NCBI GenBank assembly: GCA_028867755.1
Contig: JAGWFT010000001.1
Span: 67,457-131,456, forward strand
Direction of reading: 5' to 3'
DNA length: 64,000 nt
DNA from: Nitrososphaerota archaeon
GTDB lineage: Archaea > Thermoproteota > Nitrososphaeria > Nitrososphaerales > Nitrosopumilaceae
Part shown: piece after piece, positions 48,415 to 57,120 of the stretch
Layout: each line of letters begins with the position of its first letter
Numbering within the stretch: position 1 is the stretch's first letter
Program-made: the position numbers and the translations under genes
The notes under the pieces: generated by a model
Database searches by the model: none
What the model saw: the letters and a program-made list of their open reading frames with translations, nothing else
Told to the model about the DNA's origin: nothing

Positions 48415-49842
48415 CTACCAATCAAACTGGTACGCCTCATAGGCACGAAGGTTGTTCTTGGTCCATGTTATCTCAACCCTGTCGTCAAGATATTTTACAG
48501 AGGGCGGTGGAGACGCATGAATCTTGTACCCAGTCTCACTATCAACTTTTAGCACCCGGGTCTTCAGTTCTGTCCCCTTTGGAATGATAAACTTGTACGT
48601 AAATTTTTTGCAGTCGGAGGCAAACCTGTAGAAAAATGTCCTCTCAGGTTCCTCCCAATCATACTCTAGCTTCAATATCTTTTTCTGCTTTGGCTTCATG
48701 GGCCTGTTAAGCTGCACATTGAATTCTTTGTGAAAGGGCTTGTTTGTGTTGAGTGCAAGTATATCCATCTTGTTTCCCCTGTCATCCATTACTGTGACGT
48801 TCATGTCTGCAAACTCCTTTGGAGTGTCCCCATCAAGATAGTAGAATATCTGTGATTTTGGCTCCTTTGATACGTTGATAACATTCCATATCCAAGTATG
48901 ATGAACAAGCATCATTTTGGGGTCAATTACGTTAAGGTCTATCTCGATCGAGTTGAATGTAAAGTTGTTTACTGTTTTGATGTCATGCTCAAGATTCTTC
49001 TTTGCAACTTTTGATTTTCGTGGTGCAATCTTGTTTCCAAAACCGTCTCCATAGACATTATAAAGATACAGCTGTTCGCCGTGCTTTATAGAATAGTCCC
49101 CGATTGGATGCATGATGGACTTGTATTCTGGAGACAATTTTCTAATGTCTTCTGCAATTCTTGATGATGCCAAGATCTGCATGTCTGCTGCCAGGTCCAT
49201 GACACGCCTTGTCAGAATAATTCCAGGGCCCCATACATTGTCCCTGCCAGTGACGTCCTTGATAAAATAGACCGGACCAATATCGATGCCAACCCTGATT
49301 AGCAACTTTTCTTTGCCCTTTCGTTGTTCGTTGTATCTGTTTATTGCCTTGTGAATCTCGATTGCAAGGCGTAATGGCTTCTCGGGGCTGTCGGCAAACC
49401 CAATTGCCATGCCGTCTCCGGTTGGAAGTATCATGGTAGACTCGGGGTCTCGGTTCTTGAATGTCTCTGCCCTTGAAACAATCTCATTTAGTACGATTAC
49501 CTTTCTTACCTGGTCCTTTGTAGATATGGTAGGGTTTGAGCCAGCCACTATATCACAAAAAAACCAGTGGTATGTCTTGGTTAATGTCCTGATGTCCTCA
49601 TAGTCATCAAAGTCCTCTCCCTTTAGGACTCGGAGGACGTGCATCACAAAACTGTCAGGACATGATTTTAGTATCTCAAAACTATTTGTAGCACGCTTTA
49701 TTGGCAACTTTAGATGAGATTTTTTTATCTCTTGTAAAATCCAGTCCTTTCCCCTATGGGTCTCGTCCAAGATTCCCAAGATCTCAGCAATGCTGTGTAT
49801 CTTTTCTGGTCCTTGTGATAGTTTGTTGTCCTCAGTCTGCAA
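48415..49842 (-). CDS. Class III nucleotidyl cyclase with a C-terminal beta-rich domain
   Basis: FFCDIV, PTGDGMAIGF, IRVGIDIGPV, NVWGPGIILTRRVMDL. Confidence 0.85.
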   Translation of the reverse strand: MQTEDNKLSQGPEKIHSIAEILGILDETHRGKDWILQEIKKSHLKLPIKRATNSFEILKSCPDSFVMHVLRVLKGEDFDDYEDIRTLTKTYHWFFCDIVAGSNPTISTKDQVRKVIVLNEIVSRAETFKNRDPESTMILPTGDGMAIGFADSPEKPLRLAIEIHKAINRYNEQRKGKEKLLIRVGIDIGPVYFIKDVTGRDNVWGPGIILTRRVMDLAADMQILASSRIAEDIRKLSPEYKSIMHPIGDYSIKHGEQLYLYNVYGDGFGNKIAPRKSKVAKKNLEHDIKTVNNFTFNSIEIDLNVIDPKMMLVHHTWIWNVINVSKEPKSQIFYYLDGDTPKEFADMNVTVMDDRGNKMDILALNTNKPFHKEFNVQLNRPMKPKQKKILKLEYDWEEPERTFFYRFASDCKKFTYKFIIPKGTELKTRVLKVDSETGYKIHASPPPSVKYLDDRVEITWTKNNLRAYEAYQFDW

Positions 49843-50449
49843 TACAGGAACTAATCCACATCCACATATTCAAGCCTAGTGGTGTCCTCTCACAGCAAAT
49901 GCAAGTGTGATGTATTATAGTTTGCTTGTATTGCGATGCAATTATTTGCCATACGAGCTAAGTAATGGTAATCTAAGAAATTCTCCATAAACTACCATGG
50001 TAAAACTCTACTGTGCATTTCACTCTTCTAGAAATGTCTATTTTAGATATCTAGTCCTGAATCAGGATTGTCTTAAATCCATATTGACAAAAAGATTACA
50101 AACTGTATTTGTAATTGTACCGGTCTTGCTGCTAGTGTTTATCCCGTCTTCCTCATATGGAATGATACAGAGTTTGTCAGTAGTACAAAATATTTGCCTG
50201 ATGGCAACCAATTGGAGAAGAAATAATCATGCTTAATAACATAGTGACAAAATTTTACATCAAGCTGCCATACCATGGAAAGCTTTTATCTCTTTATCTG
50301 TCATACAAACAAGAGTTGGTTGTGGATTTGCTGTTTGTAAAAAATTGCACCGTTATGACACGTATTGGATATTTCATAACTGGAAAGATTTTTTGTATGC
50401 CTTACTATGATTTAGAATTTCAGAAATTATTTTACTGTAAAAGAGGAAA

Positions 50450-52396
50450 TTGAAAGAATTGTCTTACTTGAAAAAAACAATCACATCATTACTTGTTGCA
50501 ACAATCATCATCTTTTCTACCATTCCAATGCATCCCGGATTTGCAACTCCTAGCATAACGCTTGACTCGTCAAGGTACCTGTTAAGCTCCACCGCACATG
50601 TAACTGTCAACGATCCAAGCTCAAGTGGTTCTATCTCAATTAATGTAAAATCTACAAGTGATCCAGTTGGAATAACGCTTACACTTTCTGAGACAGGTGC
50701 TGGCACCCATACTTTTACCGGCACATTTACATTTACTGGTCTGCCGTCTTCTGGCTCCACACTACAAGCAAAATGCAGTGTAGTATCGTCAGTGTCCTCC
50801 TGTGATAAAATTACTGCAACATTTGGTTCTGTCAGCACTACTGCACAAATGGTCTCCATACAGTTTGGAGATACCGGTTCCAATCTCTCTCCAAGTGCAC
50901 CAGTATCTTATGGTACTACATCATATGATCAAGGAACTGTAGCACACCTGCGAGTTCTTGATCCAAGTGCCAGCAGTTCTGTTTCAGTTAGTGTAGAATC
51001 GCAAAACCAGCAAAACACTGTTTCATTGACACTTCCAGAAACGGCACCTGGCTCTGGGGTGTTTACAGGATCCTTTATTTTCATGGCAACTAACAACCTC
51101 TTTCCAGCAACAGGAACTGTTACAATTACACAACAGAGCTCTTTGGCTGATCAAGTCAGGTCGTCGTCTGACACTACCGGCATATTGCTCTCACTGACGC
51201 AAACAGGAAGCAATACTTTCACTGGAAAATTGGCGTTTAACAGTTTTAGCTCATCAACACAGGGAATAATTAAAGCATCAGGCGGTGACTTTGTGCAAAT
51301 TCAGGTGGGCAGTACCACCACTGACACAAATGGACTTGTTACTCCAAATTCTGACCTGTCCAAAGGGGCGCTCTTGATAGACATCTCATCTACTTTGGGT
51401 GATACAGTTGTTGCCACATACCAAGGAATTACTACCTCTTCAGTCTCTGTGGGATATCTGTTTGGCGAGGGAGGTGGGGGAGGAGGGGTTGTTGCACCAA
51501 GCCTAGTGCTTGATGTTACAGCTGCAATAGGAGGAGGAGCACCTCCGCCGCCAGCATTCAGCTTGCATAGCTTTGTTGTAGCAAACGGACTGCCAGAGAA
51601 CATAGCGTCTGCGATAACAAACCAAGACGCACTGACACCTATCGAACCGACAAACGAGCCAGGCGTACCGTTCTATCCGCTGACAATTGACGGCAATGGC
51701 TATCTCCTTGGAGGATACGCAAATACAATTGATACAGTAAAAGAGCAGGTAGGCAAGCCAATGACACTTGCGCTTACCACCATCTCAAGTCCTGTAGTGC
51801 ACATCAGCCTCTTCACAAACCTTCATAGCCTGTATGATACCATGCAAGATAGCGATACTTACATCATTTACGACAAAGGTGAGCCGTTGCAGATAGTGGA
51901 CCCACATGGCTTCTTCTCAAATGTAACAATAACCCCAGTAATCAACGGAACAAAGCAGAGCTTTGTGTATGGTATCACTTTTGCCAAGCCAATGAACACG
52001 TCAAACATAATGATTCGTGCGTGGGATGATCAGAAGGCATCAACCAACCTGACGATCTATGATGCATGGCAGGCAACACCACACATCGAGGTATCATCAC
52101 AGAACACAACACAAAATGATGAATTATCAAAGAATCTACTGACGCAAAAGATCATGCCAGTACCAGTAGCCCAGAACAAGACAAGCACTGGTCTACTGGA
52201 TTCCATAAAAGAGTGGGGAGGCTATTCTCCAACATCGATATCTGACTCGCAGCTTTTAGGCGAGATTGGCATAGACGGCAAGTCCATCCCGCCGTGGTTT
52301 ATGAAAACTACCAAGTGGATAGTGCAAGGAGAGACAACCCAACAAGAATTTGTAAACGGAATCAAGTATCTATATGAGAAGGGCTTGGTTCACTAG
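50450..52396 (+). CDS. Secreted Ser/Thr-rich cell-surface protein with a thaumarchaeal-type C-terminal IPxW...EFVNGIKYL module
   Basis: Signal peptide, two related Ig-like segments (SVSxTLxETxxGxxxFTGxF), poly-Gly/Pro linker, C-terminal motif. Confidence 0.8.
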   Translation: MKELSYLKKTITSLLVATIIIFSTIPMHPGFATPSITLDSSRYLLSSTAHVTVNDPSSSGSISINVKSTSDPVGITLTLSETGAGTHTFTGTFTFTGLPSSGSTLQAKCSVVSSVSSCDKITATFGSVSTTAQMVSIQFGDTGSNLSPSAPVSYGTTSYDQGTVAHLRVLDPSASSSVSVSVESQNQQNTVSLTLPETAPGSGVFTGSFIFMATNNLFPATGTVTITQQSSLADQVRSSSDTTGILLSLTQTGSNTFTGKLAFNSFSSSTQGIIKASGGDFVQIQVGSTTTDTNGLVTPNSDLSKGALLIDISSTLGDTVVATYQGITTSSVSVGYLFGEGGGGGGVVAPSLVLDVTAAIGGGAPPPPAFSLHSFVVANGLPENIASAITNQDALTPIEPTNEPGVPFYPLTIDGNGYLLGGYANTIDTVKEQVGKPMTLALTTISSPVVHISLFTNLHSLYDTMQDSDTYIIYDKGEPLQIVDPHGFFSNVTITPVINGTKQSFVYGITFAKPMNTSNIMIRAWDDQKASTNLTIYDAWQATPHIEVSSQNTTQNDELSKNLLTQKIMPVPVAQNKTSTGLLDSIKEWGGYSPTSISDSQLLGEIGIDGKSIPPWFMKTTKWIVQGETTQQEFVNGIKYLYEKGLVH

Positions 52397-52446
52397 GTTT
52401 GAAAAAAGGCAGCCAATGGCCAAGTCAAAGACAACGAAAAAGAATC

Positions 52447-52959
52447 CTATGTAGAACCATGAATGGTACCATATTCCACAAAACCCCCTACAAGCAATAG
52501 TGCAAGAACAATCCCTATCTCAATTCCAGCAGCGCGCATCTGTACTCTGATTCCTTTACGCCTTATCAATAACAATACAAGAAGACAGCTACGTGACATA
52601 CCAATCGAGTAAGCAACAAGCTCCATCACTCCAAAAGGCGATGACAGAAATATTGCAATTGGAGGAAGATTTGATAGCTGTGGGTTTTCTATCATCAAGA
52701 CACGAAACCCAGCACCAGTCTCCCACCCAGTAAATGCACCCCATGCAACACCAAAGCCTGGCACAAACATTGGCAACGCAACAGACGAGTTGTGCAAAAA
52801 TATTCCAATGGCGCCGATTCCTTTTGTTGTGCTGTGAAACTCCTTGAGAAACTTTCTAGCATCGTCTTCTGGCATCCTGTACCAAGTGCCTACTGTATAC
52901 GCAAGAAGGAATATTCCAAGAAATATTCCAAAAATAAAGATCCTTTTCTTCTTTGACAT
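52447..52959 (-). CDS. SpoIIM-like membrane protein
   Basis: IFLHNS..AL, PFGVMELVAY, LLVGGFVE. Confidence 0.75.
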   Translation of the reverse strand: MSKKKRIFIFGIFLGIFLLAYTVGTWYRMPEDDARKFLKEFHSTTKGIGAIGIFLHNSSVALPMFVPGFGVAWGAFTGWETGAGFRVLMIENPQLSNLPPIAIFLSSPFGVMELVAYSIGMSRSCLLVLLLIRRKGIRVQMRAAGIEIGIVLALLLVGGFVEYGTIHGST

Positions 52960-52971
52960 CTCAGCTACCTA

Positions 52972-53223
52972 TCATAAAACTTTTTGAAGATGATGACCTT
53001 TCACCGCACAGAGATGTATGCCAGTTTTTGATAGTATGGCTGAAAGGGCGTCTTCAATTGTACCAGAGTCTCCCATTCCGATAAGAATAATATTATCAAC
53101 TCCCCTGAAGTCAATCTTGTCAAGATTTTTTTTATAAGATTCTCCTGCAAGCTCAGGCCAGATATCATAGACCTTGTGCATGCCAGCTTTGTCATATTTT
53201 TCCAAATCATGATGAGTGGTCAA
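52972..53223 (-). pseudogene. Truncated paralog of the SIS PGI/PMI (N-terminal 83 codons only)
   Basis: Colinear with the N-terminus of 33239..34264 (D.xGM..VYD.WP, GMGDSG versus GMGGSG, ILS.T.IH.C..KG), then a stop. Confidence 0.85.
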
Positions 53224-53392
53224 GATATGATTTAGAAATTAAGGTTCCAATATAATGATTTATGATGATGTGTAGAGCCTAACCCAGACCTACAAAGTCG
53301 TTCCATTTGTCTTGTTTGATTTTATTTAGCATCTTTTTCAGATTGCCAACTCTCCTGTTTGTAGAACCAAAACCATACTGATGTGGACTTTT

Positions 53393-55093
53393 CTAGTTTA
53401 TTGTACCACCAGCTTTAATCAGTACACCTCCACCGGCTCGTACAAGTAAATGATGATGTACAAAGTCAATGTTTAAGGTTAGTCCATTTGGAATTGTCAA
53501 TACAGCACCTGACTGGATAATCACGTTTTGCGGTGCAGTTACAGTAGATGATATAGTGCAGCTTGATGATATGGTCCAGTCTCCAGACGATGGAGGACTG
53601 CAAGAAAGAGATGAGAGTGCCGAGTCCATCTTAATTCTTGGAAAAGAAAACCCACTGCCAGAATCACTGATAGTAATTCCAGTTGTCCTCAGGTCAGACA
53701 AAATTGTAGATACAGATGCAGATGGGTTTTTCTGTTTTAAAATAGCAAACGCGCCAGCTACTGCTGGGGTTGCAAACGAAGTTCCGCTTCCTGTACTTGT
53801 CCCCCCGCCAGGTACAGATGATATTACTGATTGTCCTGGTGCCAAAAGGCTAAGAAATGAGGCCCTGTCAGAAAACGACGATACTTGATCAGAGTCGGTT
53901 GTAGAACCAACACTTATTGCACTAGAAACACAGGCAGGAGAGTCCAAGGCATTTACAAAACCATCATTGCCTGCTGCAACCACAGGTGCAATCCCTACAG
54001 ATTGCAATGTGTCAAACTCTGACTTGTACTGGGGAAAAGATGAATCACAGTAACTTGTAAATGGGTCACTGCCAAGGCTCAAGTTTACTGCAGCTATATG
54101 AAATGTGTTTCTAAGACTGTAAACGTATTCAAGACCATTGATAATATCGCTGTCAGATGATACAATGCATGGTGTTGAAGAACCACAATCTCCTACATTG
54201 TTAGATTCATGAAAGATTTGGACTGCAATGATATTTGCACCTTTTGCAAAGCCAGGAAGTATTGTAGGATCATTTCCTGCTGCAATTCCTGCCACAAAGG
54301 TTCCATGGAAACACTCTGAAAATGAACTAGGACATGGTACTGCAGCACCAGAGCCTGTCTGGCTTGACTGGCTGTTTGGACAAAATGACAAGTCTCCAGT
54401 GTGTATTGGAGTAGAGTAGCACGCCTCTGAGACCACCTTGCCACTCAGAAAGGGATGTGTCTTGTCAACACCAGTATCAAGTATGGCAATTGTCTGACCT
54501 GTCCCATCATATCCCGCTGTCCATGCATTGTTTGTACCAGTTAGAGGGATTGTACTTGTATCAAATGGATGCAGTATCCTGTCTTCGTATATTCCTGCAA
54601 CTAGTCCAGATGAGTTGAGATACTTTAATGTTGCAGCATCAACTCTCATTGCAATAAATGGTATGTTCTTGAATTTCTTTACGTTGTCAACATGGTATAG
54701 CGATAAAGTCATGTTCAGCTGATCCTGGGTTTGGTTAATCGATAGTCTCTGACTTAATACACTGGAAGTGCTTCGAAGATTTCCCTCCGGAATAAAGGCA
54801 AGATTTAGTCGTATAATTACTCGAACTTTTCCTTCCTTGTTTGCCTTGGTCATGAGTAATTTGAAGTGACTTGTTGCATTTGTTGGAGAATATATTTTTG
54901 GGTGGAATGTGCCAGAAAAAGATTGGTTGGCAAGAACATTTCCAGAACCATTGTTTACAAAAAGATTAGAGCCGTTTATTGTGCTTGGTACAATTTGATT
55001 GGTAGCAATTGATGCATGACCTGATACCATAATTAAAAATGCAATCAAGACTAGAGGAATTACAAGCAACAAGAAACCATTAAAATATTTCAT
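53393..55093 (-). CDS. Secreted subtilisin-like serine protease (S8) with prodomain and C-terminal extension
   Basis: Catalytic triad ILDTGVD, HGTFVAG, GTSFATP; oxyanion AAGND; signal peptide. Confidence 0.93.
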   Translation of the reverse strand: MKYFNGFLLLVIPLVLIAFLIMVSGHASIATNQIVPSTINGSNLFVNNGSGNVLANQSFSGTFHPKIYSPTNATSHFKLLMTKANKEGKVRVIIRLNLAFIPEGNLRSTSSVLSQRLSINQTQDQLNMTLSLYHVDNVKKFKNIPFIAMRVDAATLKYLNSSGLVAGIYEDRILHPFDTSTIPLTGTNNAWTAGYDGTGQTIAILDTGVDKTHPFLSGKVVSEACYSTPIHTGDLSFCPNSQSSQTGSGAAVPCPSSFSECFHGTFVAGIAAGNDPTILPGFAKGANIIAVQIFHESNNVGDCGSSTPCIVSSDSDIINGLEYVYSLRNTFHIAAVNLSLGSDPFTSYCDSSFPQYKSEFDTLQSVGIAPVVAAGNDGFVNALDSPACVSSAISVGSTTDSDQVSSFSDRASFLSLLAPGQSVISSVPGGGTSTGSGTSFATPAVAGAFAILKQKNPSASVSTILSDLRTTGITISDSGSGFSFPRIKMDSALSSLSCSPPSSGDWTISSSCTISSTVTAPQNVIIQSGAVLTIPNGLTLNIDFVHHHLLVRAGGGVLIKAGGTIN

Positions 55094-55186
55094 CTAGACT
55101 TCATCGTTAAGATGAAAACCTAGCTTTTTAATGATTTAGCAATATGACAAAACATTCTAAAGAAGAATAGATGTCGAAAAACAAAG

Positions 55187-55753
55187 ATGAGAACTGAGAT
55201 ATCTTTTGTAATCAAAACAGGGTTGTTATTTTGCGTACTCTCTGCAGGCTTTTCATTTGTTGGGATGCTCCTTCCGGAAAGGGGTCTGCTCCCAAACCCA
55301 AGTGGTGGATTAAACCTTCATGAGATTGGAGGTCATATGTTATGGGGCCTGGTTGCTGGCGCAGTATTTCTTAGCGCAAGATACATAATCATTACAGGCA
55401 TCTTTGCAGTACTCATTGATTCAGACCATCTCATTGCACTACTACACGTAGATGCGCTGTCAAGGATGTCACATTCCTTTGCGTTTAGTGCAATTGCAAT
55501 AGTAGTACTGATGATATCATTTGGAAGACGAGATTACAAACTTGGCGCAGCAGCGTTTGCAGGAGTGCTATCACATCTCTCCTTTGATACGTTTGCAGGA
55601 AATGATGGCAAATTCCCGCTCTTTGTGCCGTTTTACAACCACCAGATCATATTTCCAAACATAGACTGGATTTATTTCGAGATAGCAGCAATAGCAATAG
55701 TTGGAACTGTAACACTTTTAGCAAGAAGAAAGGAAACGCAGGTACAAAATTAA
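55187..55753 (+). CDS. Membrane-bound metal-dependent hydrolase (YdjM-like)
   Basis: H..GH, LIDSDH, RMSHSF and SHLSFD motifs. Confidence 0.78.
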   Translation: MRTEISFVIKTGLLFCVLSAGFSFVGMLLPERGLLPNPSGGLNLHEIGGHMLWGLVAGAVFLSARYIIITGIFAVLIDSDHLIALLHVDALSRMSHSFAFSAIAIVVLMISFGRRDYKLGAAAFAGVLSHLSFDTFAGNDGKFPLFVPFYNHQIIFPNIDWIYFEIAAIAIVGTVTLLARRKETQVQN

Positions 55754-55842
55754 CTGGATATATTTTGAGATTGCAGTTGTAGGTATTGTGACTCTCCTGT
55801 CAGCAAGACAAGCAAGCTTGAGGCAAGTGCCAAGAGATTTGG

Positions 55843-56124
55843 CTATCTATTGTCTCGGCCGTAGAGATTTTTGTGATCATCAAGATCAATTAACTGAACA
55901 ATATCTTCATCAGAAAAATACCTGTATAGTAAGCTGTGGCTTTTTGTTACATGGATGCCATAGCAATAACGGTAGATACCGTGTTTTAACTCTCCAATCT
56001 TCCGTGGGTCTTGTGTCGTTTTTAGCTCGTCTAATATTCTGGAAAAGCCAAAAAATACAGCCTTATTTGATTTGAATTTCTTTAATTTTTTATCTATTAT
56101 TGGAGATGCTTGAATAATTCGCAA
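55843..56124 (-). CDS. relE: RelE/ParE-superfamily toxin
   Basis: 93 aa, basic; G..K.G...Y.IH......LLY.....V.L..LDDHKNLY pattern. Directly follows a small acidic-tailed ORF. Confidence 0.7.
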   Translation of the reverse strand: MRIIQASPIIDKKLKKFKSNKAVFFGFSRILDELKTTQDPRKIGELKHGIYRYCYGIHVTKSHSLLYRYFSDEDIVQLIDLDDHKNLYGRDNR

Positions 56125-56127
56125 ATC

Positions 56128-56286
56128 TTATTCTTTGAGAATGTCATCTACATGCTTGATGTATTCATCAACAGTGTATTTCTTCATCCTTATCTTGCCC
56201 TTATCAATATCTTCTAAAAGCTTTTCAACCTCTGGAGAAAGTTCTGGTATCTCTTTTTGCTTCTTTGCTTTTGCAGAGGACTGCAT
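56128..56286 (-). CDS. Putative antitoxin, 52 aa (MQSSAKAKKQKEIPELSPEVEKLLEDIDKGKIRMKKYTVDEYIKHVDDILKE); below the ORF-track cutoff
   Basis: Hand-translated. Stop lies 3 nt before the toxin TTG. The LEDIxxG...DE pattern is typical of RelB-like partners. Confidence 0.72.
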   Translation of the reverse strand: MQSSAKAKKQKEIPELSPEVEKLLEDIDKGKIRMKKYTVDEYIKHVDDILKE

Positions 56287-56385
56287 ATCTTAGTTATGTG
56301 CTAAACCTGTTATTATTAGTATTCTTGTCAGCAAGACAAACAAGCAAGCTTAAGGCAAGTGTCTAGCGGGATTTCAATTATTCAG

Positions 56386-56580
56386 CTATGTCTGTGAGAT
56401 CAAGTTTGCTGGATTTTTGTTGAATTTAGAAACAATGTACTGCACTTTATCGTCGCCTTCTGGCAGAGGATTTGCACACTTGCCACACTTTGGAAGGGTT
56501 ACCACTGCATCGTAGTCAATCTCGCCTATGAACCTGTCACACTTGGAGCAACGGACTGATTTTTTGTCATATATGTTCAT
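56386..56580 (-). CDS. Small zinc-ribbon protein
   Basis: CSKC and CGKC pairs, ATG start. Confidence 0.72.
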   Translation of the reverse strand: MNIYDKKSVRCSKCDRFIGEIDYDAVVTLPKCGKCANPLPEGDDKVQYIVSKFNKNPANLISQT

Positions 56581-56667
56581 GGCGTACTATAGTACGTTAT
56601 CCTTGCTATTAAGAGGGATCATGATTATCATCAAAAAAACTAAAGGCTACCTGTATACAATAAATAT

Positions 56668-57075
56668 ATGAAAAAAAGGCCCGCCAAGACACAAAAGAAA
56701 ACAAGAGCCAGCTCAAATGCAAATACAAAAAACAGTACTACAAAAACTAGTAGAAACAAACCTAGAGCAAAAAAGAGTCAAAAAAATACAGATCCAGAAA
56801 GGTTGGCGCTCTCAAAAAATGACATTTTACAGTTCTGCGATCGCGTGCTCAAAAAATGGCAGCAAGATCCGGTATCAAATGGAAGAAACGTTCCTGCAAT
56901 GTTTGCAGTGCGAACAAGCGTCCTTTTCTCTGATGAGCAGTCGCTCAAGGCAATCTGGTCTGAGATAACATCATGGGTTTACCAGCTACTCTACGAGAAT
57001 GCCCAGGCCCAAGCAAGACAAGAAAACCTAGAGTGGGCAAAGACATTTTCCAAGATAAAAAACGACAAGGTTTAG
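56668..57075 (+). CDS. Hypothetical protein with a Lys-rich N-terminal tail
   Basis: ATG after an AT-rich promoter; basic disordered N-terminus plus helical C-terminus. Confidence 0.65.
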   Translation: MKKRPAKTQKKTRASSNANTKNSTTKTSRNKPRAKKSQKNTDPERLALSKNDILQFCDRVLKKWQQDPVSNGRNVPAMFAVRTSVLFSDEQSLKAIWSEITSWVYQLLYENAQAQARQENLEWAKTFSKIKNDKV

Positions 57076-57120
57076 AAAATTCCGTTTCGCTTTTAAACCC
57101 AGCCACTTTAGGACAATCGT

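Larger units (their letters stand above)
55797..56374. repeat. Imperfect direct repeats of about 45-50 bp (55797-55840 and 56325-56374) flanking the toxin-antitoxin pair
   Basis: tgtcagcaagac(aaac)aagcaagctt(g/a)aggcaagtg...gattt on both sides, same orientation. Confidence 0.85.

Noticed and set aside
46342-49942. Shared 10-mer gcgatgcaat with attgc/gcaat dyads in two divergent promoters (46355 and 49933), and a tattatagaa direct repeat at 46140/46153
   Set aside because: A single shared 10-mer between regions of several hundred bp is near chance expectation, and the dyad spacings differ.
49997-50453. Track ORFs 49997..50236 and 50229..50453 as intact genes
   Set aside because: No coherent protein features. 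At most a pseudogene relic, reported at low interest.
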